A stretch of 64,000 nt of DNA from Octopus vulgaris (Eukaryota), in the NCBI GenBank assembly GCA_951406725.2, contig OX597821.1:33232001-33296000 (forward strand), in the 5' to 3' direction. Below the pieces are notes generated by a model that was given only the letters and a program-made list of their open reading frames with translations, did no database searches and was not told where the DNA came from. This document shows, one piece after another, positions 48,663-62,879 of the stretch; the first letter of the stretch is position 1; each line of letters starts with the position of its first letter. A program made the translations under genes and the position numbers.

Positions 48663-50084
48663 AGGGATCGTGCTGTTCTTAGATTCATCGATCCGGAAGG
48701 GAGTAGCTTTGATTGAGGGAACACTAAGTCGAAACAACTCGGTGTCTCAAATTGCCTTTACATCCGTGAGTCGCATTGTCTAAAGCAAGCATGAGCAACC
48801 CTTCTCGAGAAGCGGGTCACATAAAACATGGCACATTACCAGGTGATCCAAACTATTCAGGGTAATTTTTCATGCCATTCAGAAAGTCCGGCGGACTGCA
48901 GTTAACCCATGGCTGTTGTAAAGGAAGGTGTTCTCCGATGACGAAAAACAACTGAGCAGATATCCATGTTCGAATCTGCCAGAGTGTATTAAGAATGAAT
49001 AGTTACGTTATTCTTCGGCTTCTCACTGTTCTGCATGTACCCCATGTATTGTCATCTGTTTGATATATATTAGTTTATATAATATAAACTAAAATACTAG
49101 TCAAGCTCTGGAGTCGATTCTAATGATTAACCGCTTCTCAGACCTATTGGACTTGCGCCTGAATTAGAAAGTTATTAAGCTGGTGGATTGGCACTATCAT
49201 TAGAGCATCAAGCAAAATGTCTTGCAGCATTTGTTTCGGCTTTTTACGTTCTGAGTTCAAATCCCACCGTGGTCAACTTTGCCTTTTATTCTTCTGTAGC
49301 CAGTAAAATATATTGCTAGTTAAATGTATTGTGTCTACAATCCCCTCCACCACACTATTTCTGGATATGTACCTATCTTTTGCTCTTTATTTGATTCAGT
49401 CATTGGACTACGGCCATGCTGAGGCACCACCTTGAAGGGTTATTCTTACGTCGAACAAATCGGCCCCAGTGAAATTTTTGTCTTAAGTCTGGTAATTTAT
49501 TCTATCGGGGTACGTAAATAAGCCAGCACCGGTTGTTAAGCGGTGTGGGGGATACACACACACACGCATATATATATATACATGATGGGCTTCCACACAT
49601 TTTTCGTCTATCACATTCACTCATATAGCGTTGGTCAGCCCGGGGTTTTACTAGAAGACACTTGCCCAAAGTGCCACGCAATCAGATTTCACTTGAAACC
49701 AAGTAAGTTGCAAAGCAAGCATTTTGACCTCGTGGCCATGTCTGCGCCTATATATTGGAAATCATTATTTAGAATTGGCCTGTGGATAGCAAAATCAGTA
49801 AGCCATCAAACACAATATCTTACGCTATTTAATATATCTCTTTACGCGTTCTGAGTTCAATTCCCACCTGAGTTAACTTCGCCTTTTATCCTTCGGAGGA
49901 TCAATAAAATAAGTAGCTGTTCCGTACAGTAATCAATATAACCCATTGCATCTGGCCTCGAAACTTATGACCTTGTATCGAAGTTATAAATCATTTATAT
50001 ATATTTAACATTTTAGTTTAGCTGAGCTAATTTTTAATCAATGTCTTGTGGTATTTGATTGATTTCTGTCTACGATAGCAAATA

Positions 50085-50500
50085 TCTCTATATATAAAGC
50101 TGAAGTTGTCTGTGTGTGGCAGGTTTGGTAGCCTTCAACTAACACTATCACCTCCGAGACCCTGCGGCGCAAGTTGACCAAAATTGAGAGTATGATAGAA
50201 GAAGGCTTGCTCTTCATTCCGTAGAAGATAAAATTCAAATCGGACCATATTAAGACCAAAAATTATTTACATCAAAAAGGTGTATGAAGAAAGGTATATT
50301 TACATCAAAAAGGTGTAAAAAAAAATCCCTATTTTTTACGATTCTTTGACTGCTGTGTCGCCATTTTTCGGTGTATTTCAACCAGAAAAATGTTCACTTA
50401 AAGAGAATAACAAGCTACATAATGCAAAATTTTTACTTTTCAAAAATTCCAATTCTAAAAGGTCGAAACAAACCCGAGCAACGCTGGGCGATACTGCTTG
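50085..50500 (+). mobile_element. Non-autonomous Helitron
   Basis: A|TCTCTATATATAAA start; 3' end ACAAACCCGAGCAACGCTGGGCGATACTGCTTG|T nearly identical to the 36383 end. Confidence 0.8.
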
Positions 50501-51192
50501 TTATGATATATAGACATTAATAGAGGGAATATAAATATGGCTTATTTATCCCATTAACCGTAATGGATACATCATTGTCTTAGAAAATACATAGTAAAGT
50601 GTAAGGACTATCATACTCAACTGTATATGATCAAAGATCGTATCCATATCAAAAATCTTTTATATAAACTCCGTTCTGTCTGTCTGTGTGTGTGTCTTCT
50701 CGGATCTTGGGCATCCTCCATCCGATTGCGTTCAAATTTGATATGAAGATACCGACGGTATCAGGGCGTGTATAAGTCTTGAAAAATTTACAAAAATGGA
50801 TTCCAGGTGAGAATGCGATCGATAAAGCCGTGGGAACGTGCATTGGTACGCGCAAGTACATCAGCTGTTGCGATCGATACTACGCGTACGTGAGAAAAAT
50901 GCATGTTTTATTAACACATTCTAACAGTATACGAAGTTTAAAATTTTTTAGTTACCTAGAAATTATGTTAAAAACTGCCGTTCAAACCGAAAAGATCCCC
51001 GACTTGGACTCCAAAGTCACATTCGGCACAAACATCTGCCGAAGGGACTGAATGGAGACTGACGAACCCAATGTTTGGATACGAGCTGGAGCCGACGGCG
51101 ACAATAATTTCATGGGAACAGTGTATGTGACATAAACAATATACAGAACCGTACATATATATTTCATATAAAAAGAAAACAATCGCACCTTA

Positions 51193-51610
51193 GGCGCAGG
51201 AGTGGCTGTGTGGTAAGTAGCTTGCTAACCAACCACATGGTTCCGGGTTCAGTCCCACTGCGTGGCATCTTGGGCAAGTGTCTTCTGCTATAGCCCCTGG
51301 CCGACCAATGCCACTTTTTTTTGAGTGGATTTGGTAGACGGAAACTGAAAGAAGCCTGTCGTATATATGTATATATAAGTGTGTGTGTATATGTTTGTGT
51401 GTCTGTGTTTGTCCCCCTAGCATTGCTTGACAACCGATGCTGTTGTGTTTAGGTCCCCGTAACTTAGCGGTTCGGCAAAAGAGACCGATAGAATAAGTAC
51501 TGGGCTTACAAAGAATAAGTCCCGGGGTCGATTTGCTCGACTAAAGGCGGTGCTCCAGCATGGCCGTAGTCAAAATGACTGAAACAAGTAAAAGAGTAAA
51601 AGAGTAAAGA
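51193..51610 (+). mobile_element. SINE group 2, full length
   Basis: GGCGCAGGAGTGGCTGTGTGG head; (GTAAAAGA)n tail; older copy at ~49385-49750 (-). Confidence 0.9.
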
Positions 51611-52109
51611 GTGATGTACGTTGCTGGGTGTAGTACCTCAGTTGTTACTTCTGAAATGCTTAGCGTATCATTTGAATGGCTATACTTGTAGGTGCCCGGG
51701 AACGTGGAATAATGAGAAAGTTCTTTGTGTTTTTTTTCATGAAATTTTAGCGTGTCACAGTTTATCACTTATCGGTTCTGTTGCAATTTACTTTCACTTT
51801 TTATGACCCTAAACTGCAAGTTAACTGAAAGTATGTGAAAAAATACGAACTGACATTCTGAACATAAAAGGATTGATGATTGTGTTTCATTTATTGAATA
51901 AAGATGTAACTGCTTTATAATCTCTTTGTAATTTACCAATATATTTAAAATATTTAAAATAGTTTGTAATGCAATAGAACAAAGTCAGAAATTATCTAGT
52001 TGCCCCCCACCCCCCGGCCATCAAAAATAGAAAGAATTTCTTCGGGTTTTTATGTTATAAACATCGGAGATTATGATTATGCAAAAAGATATATTTTGAA
52101 ATAAAATTC

Positions 52110-52160
<51 letters not shown>

Positions 52161-52387
52161 GGAGAAAGGAGCTTTCTACTCCCCTTTTGACCAGGCTCCC
52201 GTGGCTTTTATGGGTTTTTCCACGAGTAACCTTTCGAAGTGCCTCCCCCTATTGGGAGTTTTAATTGTTACTTACATTTCGTTGTCATCCTGCTTTTGGA
52301 CAAAACCCTTTGTAACTTTCGTCCTGTGTTTTGTCCCTTTATGTTTTAATTGATTTTTGTTAGCCCTTGTGGCCAATAAACGAACGA

Positions 52388-52455
<68 letters not shown>

Positions 52456-52730
52456 GGAGAAAGGGGCTCTCTACCCCACTTTTGACCAGGCTCCTGTGGC
52501 TTTTATGGGTTTTTCCACAAGTAACCTTTCAAAGCGCCTCCCCCTATTGGGAGTTTTAATTGTTACTTACATTTCGTTGTCATCCTGCTTTTATACACGG
52601 ACTTTTTCAAACGGACAAAACCCTTTGTAACTATTGTCCTGTGTTTTGTCCCCTTTATGTTTTAACTGATTTTTGTTAGCCCTTGTGGCCAATAAACGAA
52701 CGAATTATTATTATTTATTATTATTATTAT
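52110..52730 (+). repeat. Two ~230-250 bp units in tandem, separated and flanked by (ATT)n
   Basis: Units 52159-52388 and 52454-52704 both start AAGGAGAAAGG and end GCCCTTGTGGCCAATAAACGAACGA. Confidence 0.9.
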
Positions 52731-52975
52731 CTTCTGTCGAGCTCGACTTTGCCTTTAATCCTTTCGGATGTCGATAAATTAAGCACCAGTGAAACACTGG
52801 GGTCGATGTAATCGACTGGGCCATTCCCCACAAATATCAGGTCTTGTGCCTTTAGTAGAAAGGATTATTATTACCTCTCCCAACCTTCTTGCTGTAATTT
52901 TTCCTTTTTCCCTTTTTTCCATAAGTTTTTTTTTTTCAGAATTGTTTTAAACGTAACAGATTATAATGATTTTTT

Positions 52976-53055
<80 letters not shown>

Positions 53056-54388
53056 GCTTGACTTTTTCATTTTTTCGAAATTTCTCCTTTTTTTTAAAGT
53101 TTTTCGATTTATTACTATTTTTTTTTTTTTTTCAAATATACATTTTTCTACAATTATATAGAATATATTATTCTCACAAATTTAGTTTTTAGGAGAGTTT
53201 TGTTCCGATTTTTTTTTCATTTTTATCTATTCTTTTTATATAGAAGTATTGGGTGCTGGTGGTGGCAGAGGGGCAATAAAAAAATTGTTTGTAGCCTCTG
53301 ATATTTAAAACACAAATCCGAAGAAATAATGGTTTTTAGCAAAATAGATAATTTCCGGGTCTAGTCTTCAGAATTTACCAAAAAATCTTTTCAATATAGC
53401 TTTTGGCTTTATGCACAAAGTGCGCCTACATATCTGTATTTGCTCTACACAGGACCGGTCTTAGGGTTACTTCTCTATTCCCAGAGCAAGCTGAATTTCA
53501 GCGTCCTTACAAGTATTTTGTTTATCTTTTTAATGTTTGGAAGGAGTAATTATAAGAATAAATTGTTCAATACAATTTGTTAAACATAGGAATAAGGCAA
53601 CGAGCAGGCAGAATCGTTAGCGCATTGGACAAAATGCTTAGTGGCAATTTTCCGGCTTTTTGTGTTCTGAGTTCAAATACCGCCGAAGTCAACTTTGCCT
53701 TTCAACCTTATGGGGTCGATGAAATAAACTACTGAGGCCGATGTAACCGACTTGCCCATTCCTTTAATATTGCTGGCCTTGTGAAAAAAATGTGAAATTA
53801 TCAAATATAGAAATAATGCGTTTATTCACCTATACATTCATTCATTTCCCCTCTCTTATTTCTCACATCTCAAACACATTACGTGACGCCTCAGCTGACT
53901 GCCCGAATTTCAGGTACCTTCGACCGACCCTGGCTCTGATGTGTATTGTGAGCAGGACCTCCGAGAGAAATTTTACAGACCGAAAGAAGTCTGCTTTCAC
54001 ACACACCTACACACACACACACATACCTCCTTTCTCCATCGCAAAATTAAAATTAAAGGAGATTGTGAGAGTATCCCCCACTCCCCGTTTTTGAAGAAAG
54101 AGCTGTGATGTTGTGTGGGGCGTGTAGGATGTGTCGACTTCAAAGGGCAACCACTATTTTAGAGGGATTACACCATTGATGTTGTTGAAAGTGTGTTGTA
54201 TTTAAGGAAGGTGGGTAACCAATTTGGCTACTGCACAGGTCGGCCAATACCATGCCGACCACGCGGGCCAGCCAATTTGCTGTAGTAGAGGTCATGTTTA
54301 AGGAAAAGGGCAGCCAATTTGGCTTTCACATAGGTCGACCAAAACCGTCACTACACCACTGGGGAAAGGTCTATCATATATTCATAAG

Positions 54389-54571
54389 GGTTCGACTTCA
54401 GCGCACGGTCTACTTGGCCATTTACACTTTAGCGTGCAATCTGCTTTAACTCTAACTTAAACCCTAATCCTAAAGCTTAGCCCTAGCCCTAAACGTAAGC
54501 CTGTTCCATATCAGATCATTTCACAGCGTAGACTACAGCTCCTGTAGTAGACTGCACGCGAAGTCAGTACC
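54389..54571. mobile_element. Small GG-ended MITE (Merlin-like)
   Basis: GGTTCGACTTCAGCGCACGGTCTACT...AGTAGACTGCACGCGAAGTCAGTACC; TSD TTCATAAG/TTCATAAC; degenerate CCCTAA array inside. Confidence 0.65.
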
Positions 54572-55374
54572 TTCATAACTTTCTACCTAGTTCTACGAGT
54601 TCTGGGCCGACGCAGTGCCGTCTTAAAGCTTGAGCCCATTGGGCAGTTGCCCTAGGACTGCACGGGACTGGGGACCCAATTCTGATGTATTTATGCTGTG
54701 ACTTGCTGTCAATAAGTAAATATTATAGGGTCCAGTGCATTACTTTGCCTAGGGGCCTATGATGATGCTTAGACAGCCCTGGACCGACGAACGGGTTGAA
54801 TACCCATTTTTCACTTCTTATAGGCTCTGATCGTGAGTTAACAAAAAAATTAGAAGAACTAGTACGTTGCCAGTAGAATTTTCTATAGAATATCCTCCAT
54901 CATACTTCCTATATACTAAGTAGTTCCGTAAATGGAACAACTGAGAATACTCGTCGTCGAAGCCAAAACGAGATACCATTTACTTTTTCTTTTCTTTTAT
55001 CAGGTTCTTATTTTATTGATCTCCGAAGAAAGGAGCGAAAAAGACAAGTCGATGCCGAAAGGGTTTAAAACATTAAACAATGAAGTACGAAACCATATAC
55101 CATGAGGCATTAGTTTACTTTATTCCACTGACCCACCACCGTGACATCACATATAACATGTATTTATAAACTCTTATATAATTAATGAAAGAGGTGGGGG
55201 AAGAAAGAGTGAATGTTAAATACTAAATAACTTCTTTAGTTCTGTGATAATTGCTTTATTTTTAGATACTTTCGCGTTCTTCGTTCATTTCTTATAAGAC
55301 ATCGCTAGAAATTAAACATTAGTTGAAATAATTCAGTAAATTGATATTATATAGTTCATAGATGAGAATCAGAT

Positions 55375-55586
55375 ATTCTTTTCTACTCTAGGCACGAGGC
55401 CCGAAAAACTTGGGGAGGTAGCCAGTCGATTAGATCGATCCCAGTACGCAACTTGTACTTAATTTATTGACCCCAAAAGGATGAAAGGCAAAGTCGGCGG
55501 AATTTGAACTCAGAACGTAAAGACAGACGAAATACTGCTAAGCATTTCACCCAGCGTGCTAATATTTCTGCCAGCTCGTCGCCTTA
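55375..55586 (-). mobile_element. SINE group 1 with the alternative tail
   Basis: Reverse-complement head and body; tail ...GGCCTCGTGCCTAGAGTAGAAAAGAATA. Confidence 0.85.
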
Positions 55587-56649
55587 AGCATAATAAATAT
55601 TCCTTTCTACTCAGATATTCTGCGTGTAGAATACACTTAGTGTCGCTCAAGAGATTAAACTTGAGCGAGTACAGAAGTAAAATAGTGAGAAGTTAGATCA
55701 ATATATAAGTATACTAAATGCATGAAATACAAAAAATGTAGATATACGTACAAAAAGGTCTGACTTACACAGAATACAAATAATATATAGAATTAAAGGG
55801 GTTGAAGAAAAGTATTACAAATCCAACAGCTGTTTCTGGGGGCTCAGTGGTCCAAAATAATGTTTATAGATTGATTCCATCGTTGAATGATACAAGCCTC
55901 AAACTGATATATTTTTTAAAAATCATTTGAGTCGACAAATGTAGCGCATAAAAAAAATCAAATAGCAAATTACAGAATTAATTATATAATTGTTTCTAAT
56001 TAGGCTGAAGGCCAGCAGCAGTTTTGATGAGAATGGTCTAGTCAGTCACATCAGACTTAGTACTTGCGCTGCTATTTTATTTTATCGCCTTCAGGAGGAT
56101 AAAAAAAAAAGCAGGTTTGACCTCAGCAGGATTTGAACTCACAATGTAAAGATCCGTGACAAATGCTTCACCACACTCTTTTTTTATCCCGACGCCCAAA
56201 CATTCAGCCAATCCGCTTACTCTTGGAATTATGAAATGAAAACATCATAATTAATACTATTATATTGGTTTCAAATGTTGGCACAGAGCCTGCAAGTTTG
56301 GAGGAGGAGATTATATCGACTTCGACTCCAGTGTTCAACAAGTGCGTGTTTTATCGGCTCCGAAAGGATGAAAGGCAAAGTCGATCTCGATGGAATCTGG
56401 ACTCAGAACGTAAAAACGGACGAAACGCCACTATGCATTTTGTCCGGCATGCTAACAATTCTGCCAGCTCGCCGACTTAATATCATAATTAAAATCATAT
56501 TAACTAAAGTGTTATCTGTCGTTTAATGGGTTTTTGTGGAAGTATATTTTTGCTACAGTGGGTAATATCCGGGAAAATGGTATGCATACAATAATTATAG
56601 TTTCTTGGTGCTTATAAAAAATGATGAAATGAATACTAATTTTCAATAA

Positions 56650-57794
56650 TCTATTATTTAAAATCCGTTCTGGCTGTCTGTGTGTCTTCTAGGATCTCGG
56701 GCATCCTCCATCCGATTGCGCACAAATTTGATATGTAGATACCGACGGTATTAGGGCGTGTATAAGTCTTGAAAAAATTTACAAAAATCGATCCCAGGTG
56801 AGAATGCGATCGATTACTGGTACTTTAAACTCTTCGGTTGCATATTTGTGTGAATAAAATCGTTTCTCTTTGGACTAGAAAAAAGTCTATCTTTATTTCT
56901 TCTTTTGCTGGTGTCTCAAATTTAGGTTAAATCAGTGTTTCTCAAAGAGGAGGCCTATGGGACGGTTGGACAAGTTGTTTTGAGAAAATTTGGTTTAAAT
57001 GTTTGACAGCTCAGTATCGTCCATTGGACGGGGGGGGGGGCGTTTTGCTCGTATATATATATACATAATCATTAGCTTACGAACTTAAAGCAATATTTGA
57101 AAAGTGAAAAAACTGCTCTCTATGTTCATCATATACCATGAAAGTTCGGACGCACGCTTGCGTACACACACTCTTTTTCTCTTTCTGTATATATATATAT
57201 GTACACCCACCCCTCTTCACTGTCCCTATAAGTATCTTTCACCATGTGTATGTGTGTAGCGTCTGCCACCAAGCATAGTATGAGCACTCTTCCTGCATCT
57301 CTTTTGTTGCCTCTCTCCTTCTCCTCTCTCCCCTTTCTCTCTCCCTCTCCCCTCTCTCCCTCTCTCTCTCTCTCTATATATATATATAATATAAATTGGA
57401 CATGGGCGATCGTTGTATTCTTTCTTGTCTTGAGGTTCACAGCCAAATGGCTGGGTGGATTCGCGTGAAAAATGGCACACATGTGGAGACAGGTACATAG
57501 ATTGGAATGCAGTTTGTATTTTTTTTTCATAACCCCCATAGTTATCGAGAAAATCGATTAAAAATTTTCTAAAGGAATTTCCCTCTTTCTTCTGTCATTA
57601 AAACAACCAGATGCTTAGAAGCTGTTTTCTGACGGCGTGGGGGTCAGGAAGTTTTCATATAGTTGGAGGCTCCAATCGAAACAGGGGACCCGAAATGATA
57701 AGGTTGACAAACGGTGCTATAGATTATGCCTAATCGAAAACGATCACAGCCACATCATCCAAATAGACCGGGTGAAACCGGGCTTAGCTGCTAG
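56650..57794 (+). mobile_element. Non-autonomous Helitron (5' part also present at ~50660-50825)
   Basis: A|TCTATTATTTAAAA start; ACCGGGTGAAACCGGG hairpin; CTAG|T end. Confidence 0.72.
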
Positions 57795-57817
57795 TATATA
57801 TATATATATATATATAA

Positions 57818-58050
57818 AAGGCGGTGAGCTGGCAGAAACGTTAGCACGCCGGGCGAAATGCGTAGCCGTATTTCGTCTGCCGCTACGTTCTGAGTTCAAA
57901 TTCCGCCGAGGTCGACTTTGCCTTTCATCCTTTCGGAATCGATAGATTAAGTACCAGTTACGCACTGGGATCGATGTAATCGACTTAACCCGTTTGTCTG
58001 TCCTTGTTTGTCCCCTCTGTGTTTAGCCCCTTGTGGGTAGTAAAGAAATA
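57818..58050 (+). mobile_element. SINE group 1, full length, in (AT)n
   Basis: Complete head to GCCCCTTGTGGGTAGTAAAGAAATA tail. Confidence 0.9.
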
Positions 58051-58639
58051 TATATATATATATATATATATATTTATTTATTTATTTGTATAAAGCTCAT
58101 TCCTCCTCTCACTGTGAGATGTAAAGTTTGAATGAAGAAATCAACCAAGCAACCAGCATTTATATTGACTGTTATTCTATAAAGATGGGAACTATGTACT
58201 CCTTTTCTGGTTTCAGTCATTGAACTATGGCCATGTTGAGGTACAGGGTTCGTACGTTTTTTGTTGATGACATCGACTTTAGTAATTATTTCAGCCTGGT
58301 ACTTATCGCTCCCTATTGCTCAAACCGGTAGGTTGCGGTACATAAAAGGATGCAACGTAAAAGTAGATTTGCACCTACATGGATAATCTCAACTCAAACC
58401 AATAACCAATGTGTATTATTTCCTTTTGCTTATTCTTTTGTAATTATGCAAATTAAAGTTTGGTCAAAAATCTGTTATACTCATACACGAGCGCACAGAT
58501 GTATACATAGACACACGAAGCCTATGTATATACACATGTCTGCGCGTGCAGATGTATGAAAATACACATGCATGTGAATTTGTGTGTGTATATTTACTCG
58601 TTATTATTTATAGCTTTATTTTTTCACCTTTGCAAAAAG

Positions 58640-58687
<48 letters not shown>

Positions 58688-58989
58688 CTGTTTGTAAAAA
58701 CCTGTGTGAACTGAAGAAAGTAGTCTTCAGAAGACTATGATATACTGATGAGTTCTAATACGACTGAAACGTGTTGTCAAACAAAGATCAGAACCCTTTT
58801 CCACTAAGCTTGAATATACAATTTTCTGTGAAATTTATTTTCAATTTCTTGAAACTATCTGGCCGCATACATACTTGTTGACTCGGAGTGTAGCGAAATA
58901 GCAGTAACAGTTGTGCAGCTGTTTCACCCCTATATATTCTGAGATCAAATCCAGCCGAAATACGTACATACATACATACACACACAGAG

Positions 58990-59023
<34 letters not shown>

Positions 59024-59024
<1 letters not shown>

Positions 59025-59220
59025 GTTAATCCAAACAAGAAAGCACAAAAAAACACAACAACGCGAGGACGTGGAACAAATATAGTATTATTGGACGCTC
59101 AGGAAAGAAGGAAAGAAGGAGGGTTTAACGTTTCGAGCGGAGCTCTTCGTCGGAAACATAGGAGAAGGAAAGATCCAGAGAAGAGAAGACAGAGGGGAAA
59201 AATCGCCAACGGTACACACG
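59024..59220 (-). mobile_element. Penelope-like terminal fragment with minimal hammerhead-like motif
   Basis: Reverse complement of 42937-43102; motif at 59123-59157. Confidence 0.7.
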
Positions 59221-60107
59221 CACGTCTATGCAGTTGTCCTACAAGTAAGAAATACTGGGCAAATCATTCCTTAAAATATACTGTGCCTTAAAACAAGGAA
59301 GACATTTATGAACGTAATCATATATATACGCAATGCCCTGCAAAAAAAAAAGACTAGTTGGTCATGAATGGCCTGTGATTAAACAACAAATAACATCAAG
59401 GGTTTGATTTTTCTATGACAAACACTAGGGCAAGTCGAAGAGAGGGATTCTTTGCAGTCGTTCGACCCGCTAGAAATAGTAGCCAAATTCTCAAATTTAC
59501 ACCTTACTGTCTTAAAAAAAATAAACAGAAAGATACATAACATGATTTACTTGTAAACACAACGTATCTGAATTTTTAAAAAAAGAGATTTGGCTGGAAA
59601 GCTTTTAATCATCGGTCTACGCGATCAGAGAGATGCCACGGGCTTAACAGTTGGACTGTAATCTAAGTGTTTCTAGGTCTATTTTGGTATAAATGATGTT
59701 TAGCTGAAGGCCTAATAATGGAACCCTTATGCGGTCGTGTATTCTGCGAGAAATAACAGTCAAATCTCCTTCCATTTACATCCTATCGACTTAAAAACAG
59801 AATGAACACATTGGACACTGCATATAGTCTTAAATAAAGGTTAAACATGCAGTTTACGTCGAAAAAAAAACACAGAAAATAAATTGTTAAAAAAACCGGA
59901 AGTGACGCCAGTCATATACCAACGCTTGTTAAAAGAACTTGTAGAACGACCGTGCGAATAGAAGAGGTGACGAATGAATGACTCCTTTTAACACCGCACG
60001 GTCGCCTTACAATAAAAGCCAAAATATGGATGAATGAGTAAAAGTGCCAGAATGAATAAGGAAAAGACACAACCGTAGAATGTAAGAGAAAGGTTTTATT
60101 TAGATGT

Positions 60108-60290
60108 TAGCAGAGTGTGTGTCCATGAGTGCAACATAAGTACATAAGAACAATAATAATAGGCAGGCCGTCATGCATACAATAATGTGTATGTGTGCTA
60201 GCAGAGTGTGTCCGTGTGTTCGTCATAAGTAAATATATAAGAGCAATAATAATAGACAGGCCGTCATGCATACAATAATGTGTATGTGTG
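60108..60290. repeat. Tandem duplication, ~90-bp unit x2
   Basis: TAGCAGAGTGTGT...CAATAATAATAG-CAGGCCGTCATGCATACAATAATGTGTATGTGTG occurs twice. Confidence 0.9.
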
Positions 60291-62879
60291 TACAAACAAG
60301 GGAGTATGCGTGAGATAAAATACAGAGCCTGTATTGCGGGGTGCGCTGTGGTCAGTGGTGAGAACCAAAGACGTAATTCGGTGAATCGCTGAAGCTTTTA
60401 TATATTCAAACGGAGCATTTAGAAGACTGTGTTACGGGACCTTATCAGAAGGTTGAGATTGGTTGGGTTACATAGTGGCGCGAAATAAAGCAAGAGACAA
60501 ACTGCACCAAAACCAACCAATCAGAGTAGTGGACACAACTGGGCCTAAGCGGCCGAAGGTTAACTGTTATCTGCTACGTCTGTATTTGTGTTATATATGT
60601 CAGAGAGAGAGAGAGGAGATTTCGCTAAGGGTCCGCTGCAAACTTAAAGAACTCCGTCCCTGGTCGCACGTGCGAAACACTGGCCCTTTATAAAGCATTG
60701 GATATATTTCCAAAAACACTTTTGATATTGGATGGTTGGGGGTCTCGGCGTTACCCATTCCCTCGATTTTGTATGGAAAATCCATACACCGACTAGAAGG
60801 CGATGGATGCTCGCTATGACGAAAGTTGGGTGACTGTGGGATTAGTAGTTTAAATAAATTGTCCGTAGTTCATTTTTATAAAACAATTTACTTTCACTTC
60901 ATTACGATGGTAAACTGCATATTAACCAAATATAATACGTCTAGAACAAAAAAAAAAAAAGAAGATAATTATAGCTGGGGTAGCTTTGATGAGTTTTTCC
61001 CGACTAGGGCTAGTTTGGAATTAAAAAAACATTTCAATAGCCAGTCTTGAAAATTAGGTTTCTTTTTCAGCTTAGTAAGTATAATATTTTTTGATTTAAG
61101 CAAAAGACAAGCAATTTTGATTGAAACGAGTTAGTTGACATCAATGATCTCCAGTACTTGAGTGATACTTTATTTCATCGACCTCGAAAAGAGATTTGAA
61201 TTTAGATGGTAGAGAGCCGGAAAAAATACTGCAAAGTATTTTTCTAGAAATCTATCGATTCTGCTAGGTCACAACTTAATAAATATAATAGCGATGGAGT
61301 TTCAGATTAGGTGCTCATACCTAGAACTAAAAGAGGAAAAAAAAATATTTCTAAAAATTTATTTCTGCATTTTTTTTTTAGTATTCTATGTTTCATACAG
61401 TATAAATTACGATTAAATTTTTTGTAAAAGAAAAAAATTGTTTTTTCATAAAATATTTCATTTTTAAATATTTTTTGCTGCCATTCTAGCTGTTGTAGGA
61501 TCCCAGTTTGAAAACTCCGCCATATTAACTTGGTTAACGCTCTTTACGTGGGTCATTACAACGTAGCCATAAATACAGATAAGAACCCACCAGACTATTT
61601 TTAGCAGTGGTATCAACACATAAAAGGTAGTATAAGTCGCCAGACGACTGAAAAACCTAGAGATTCACTGTCATAACCTCCAAGCACTTAATAACTTTAG
61701 ATAACATCGCAGAATGTACTGTTACACGGTCTGATCTAAAGCTATGTTGAAAAGAGAAAACAAGTTTAATTAATTAGAATCTGTTATAAAAATTATGCAA
61801 CAGATATAATTAATCAACTTCAATCACAAACACACAGCCTATTCGCCATATTAATTCAATTAAAAACCAGTAGTGAGAAGTAGGATGAGAATATGTCTAA
61901 TTAGCGCTTATGCTGTAGTTCTTCCCTGTACCGTGATTGCTTTTTGAAGAATGCTTCTAACATAGTTTACAATTTCTCCGAGTCTTCTCTCACGAAGAAG
62001 CTATCTATGGTTACAGGACGTCATGTCCCAAACACTTCTCTTTGCCTCACAGTGATTTGAGGCAGACGAACACTATTTTTTATACTATGTTATATGTCGA
62101 TATGCAGGTTTTTAGAATAATCCGAATGCAGCACGCAAACATACATATCAGACAACACACACGTCCGTCCGACTATGTTTTGCATGTGTAAGCGCAAGCA
62201 TACACAAACATTATAACCAAGATCGAATTTAAGGTAGCTAGCTCCTCGAAAAAGTTGAACTTCGGCGCCCTTCTAAATGTGTTTTTTTTAACTTTCGCAA
62301 GGAGTAAAACATAAATGTAGGAATAACGTGTTGATTACAATTTATTAGACACAGCGTTTTATTTTATTCAATATTTTCATCTCCACTAAGTAGTCGAGAT
62401 GGCAGAATCGTAAGCACGCCGGGCAAAATGCTTATCGTCTCTCTTTACTTTTTGAGCCCAAATTCTGCCGAAGTCGATTTTGCCTTTCTTCCTTTCGGGG
62501 TCGATAAAATAGGTACTATTTGAACACTGGGTCAACGTAATCGATGTATCCCTTCTCCCTGGCCTTTTGCCAAAATTTTAAATAAATATTTTAATCTCTC
62601 CTTTTATTTGGAAGATCCAAATACAAGACTATCTACCCCCAGTACGTAACGACCAGTACGCTCTGATTGAGCAAACCTATAATGATATCCAGTCCAGCTG
62701 TTACCATGCGTTTGAGTTCAATTAGCGTGTCGAATATGACATTCGACGTGTTCTTCGCTTTTAAGACGGTAGAGCGAAATTTGTGGAAGATTTGGTTGTT
62801 GTTTCTAGTGAATATACAGGGGTCTCCACGCTGGCTCGTAGTAGACCATGTACATTAATACATGGTAAAATTAAATAAT

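Noticed and set aside
62667-62858. 63-aa ORF as a host exon
   Set aside because: The minus strand resembles a diverged dispersed repeat also seen near 33170-33530 and 59460-59830.
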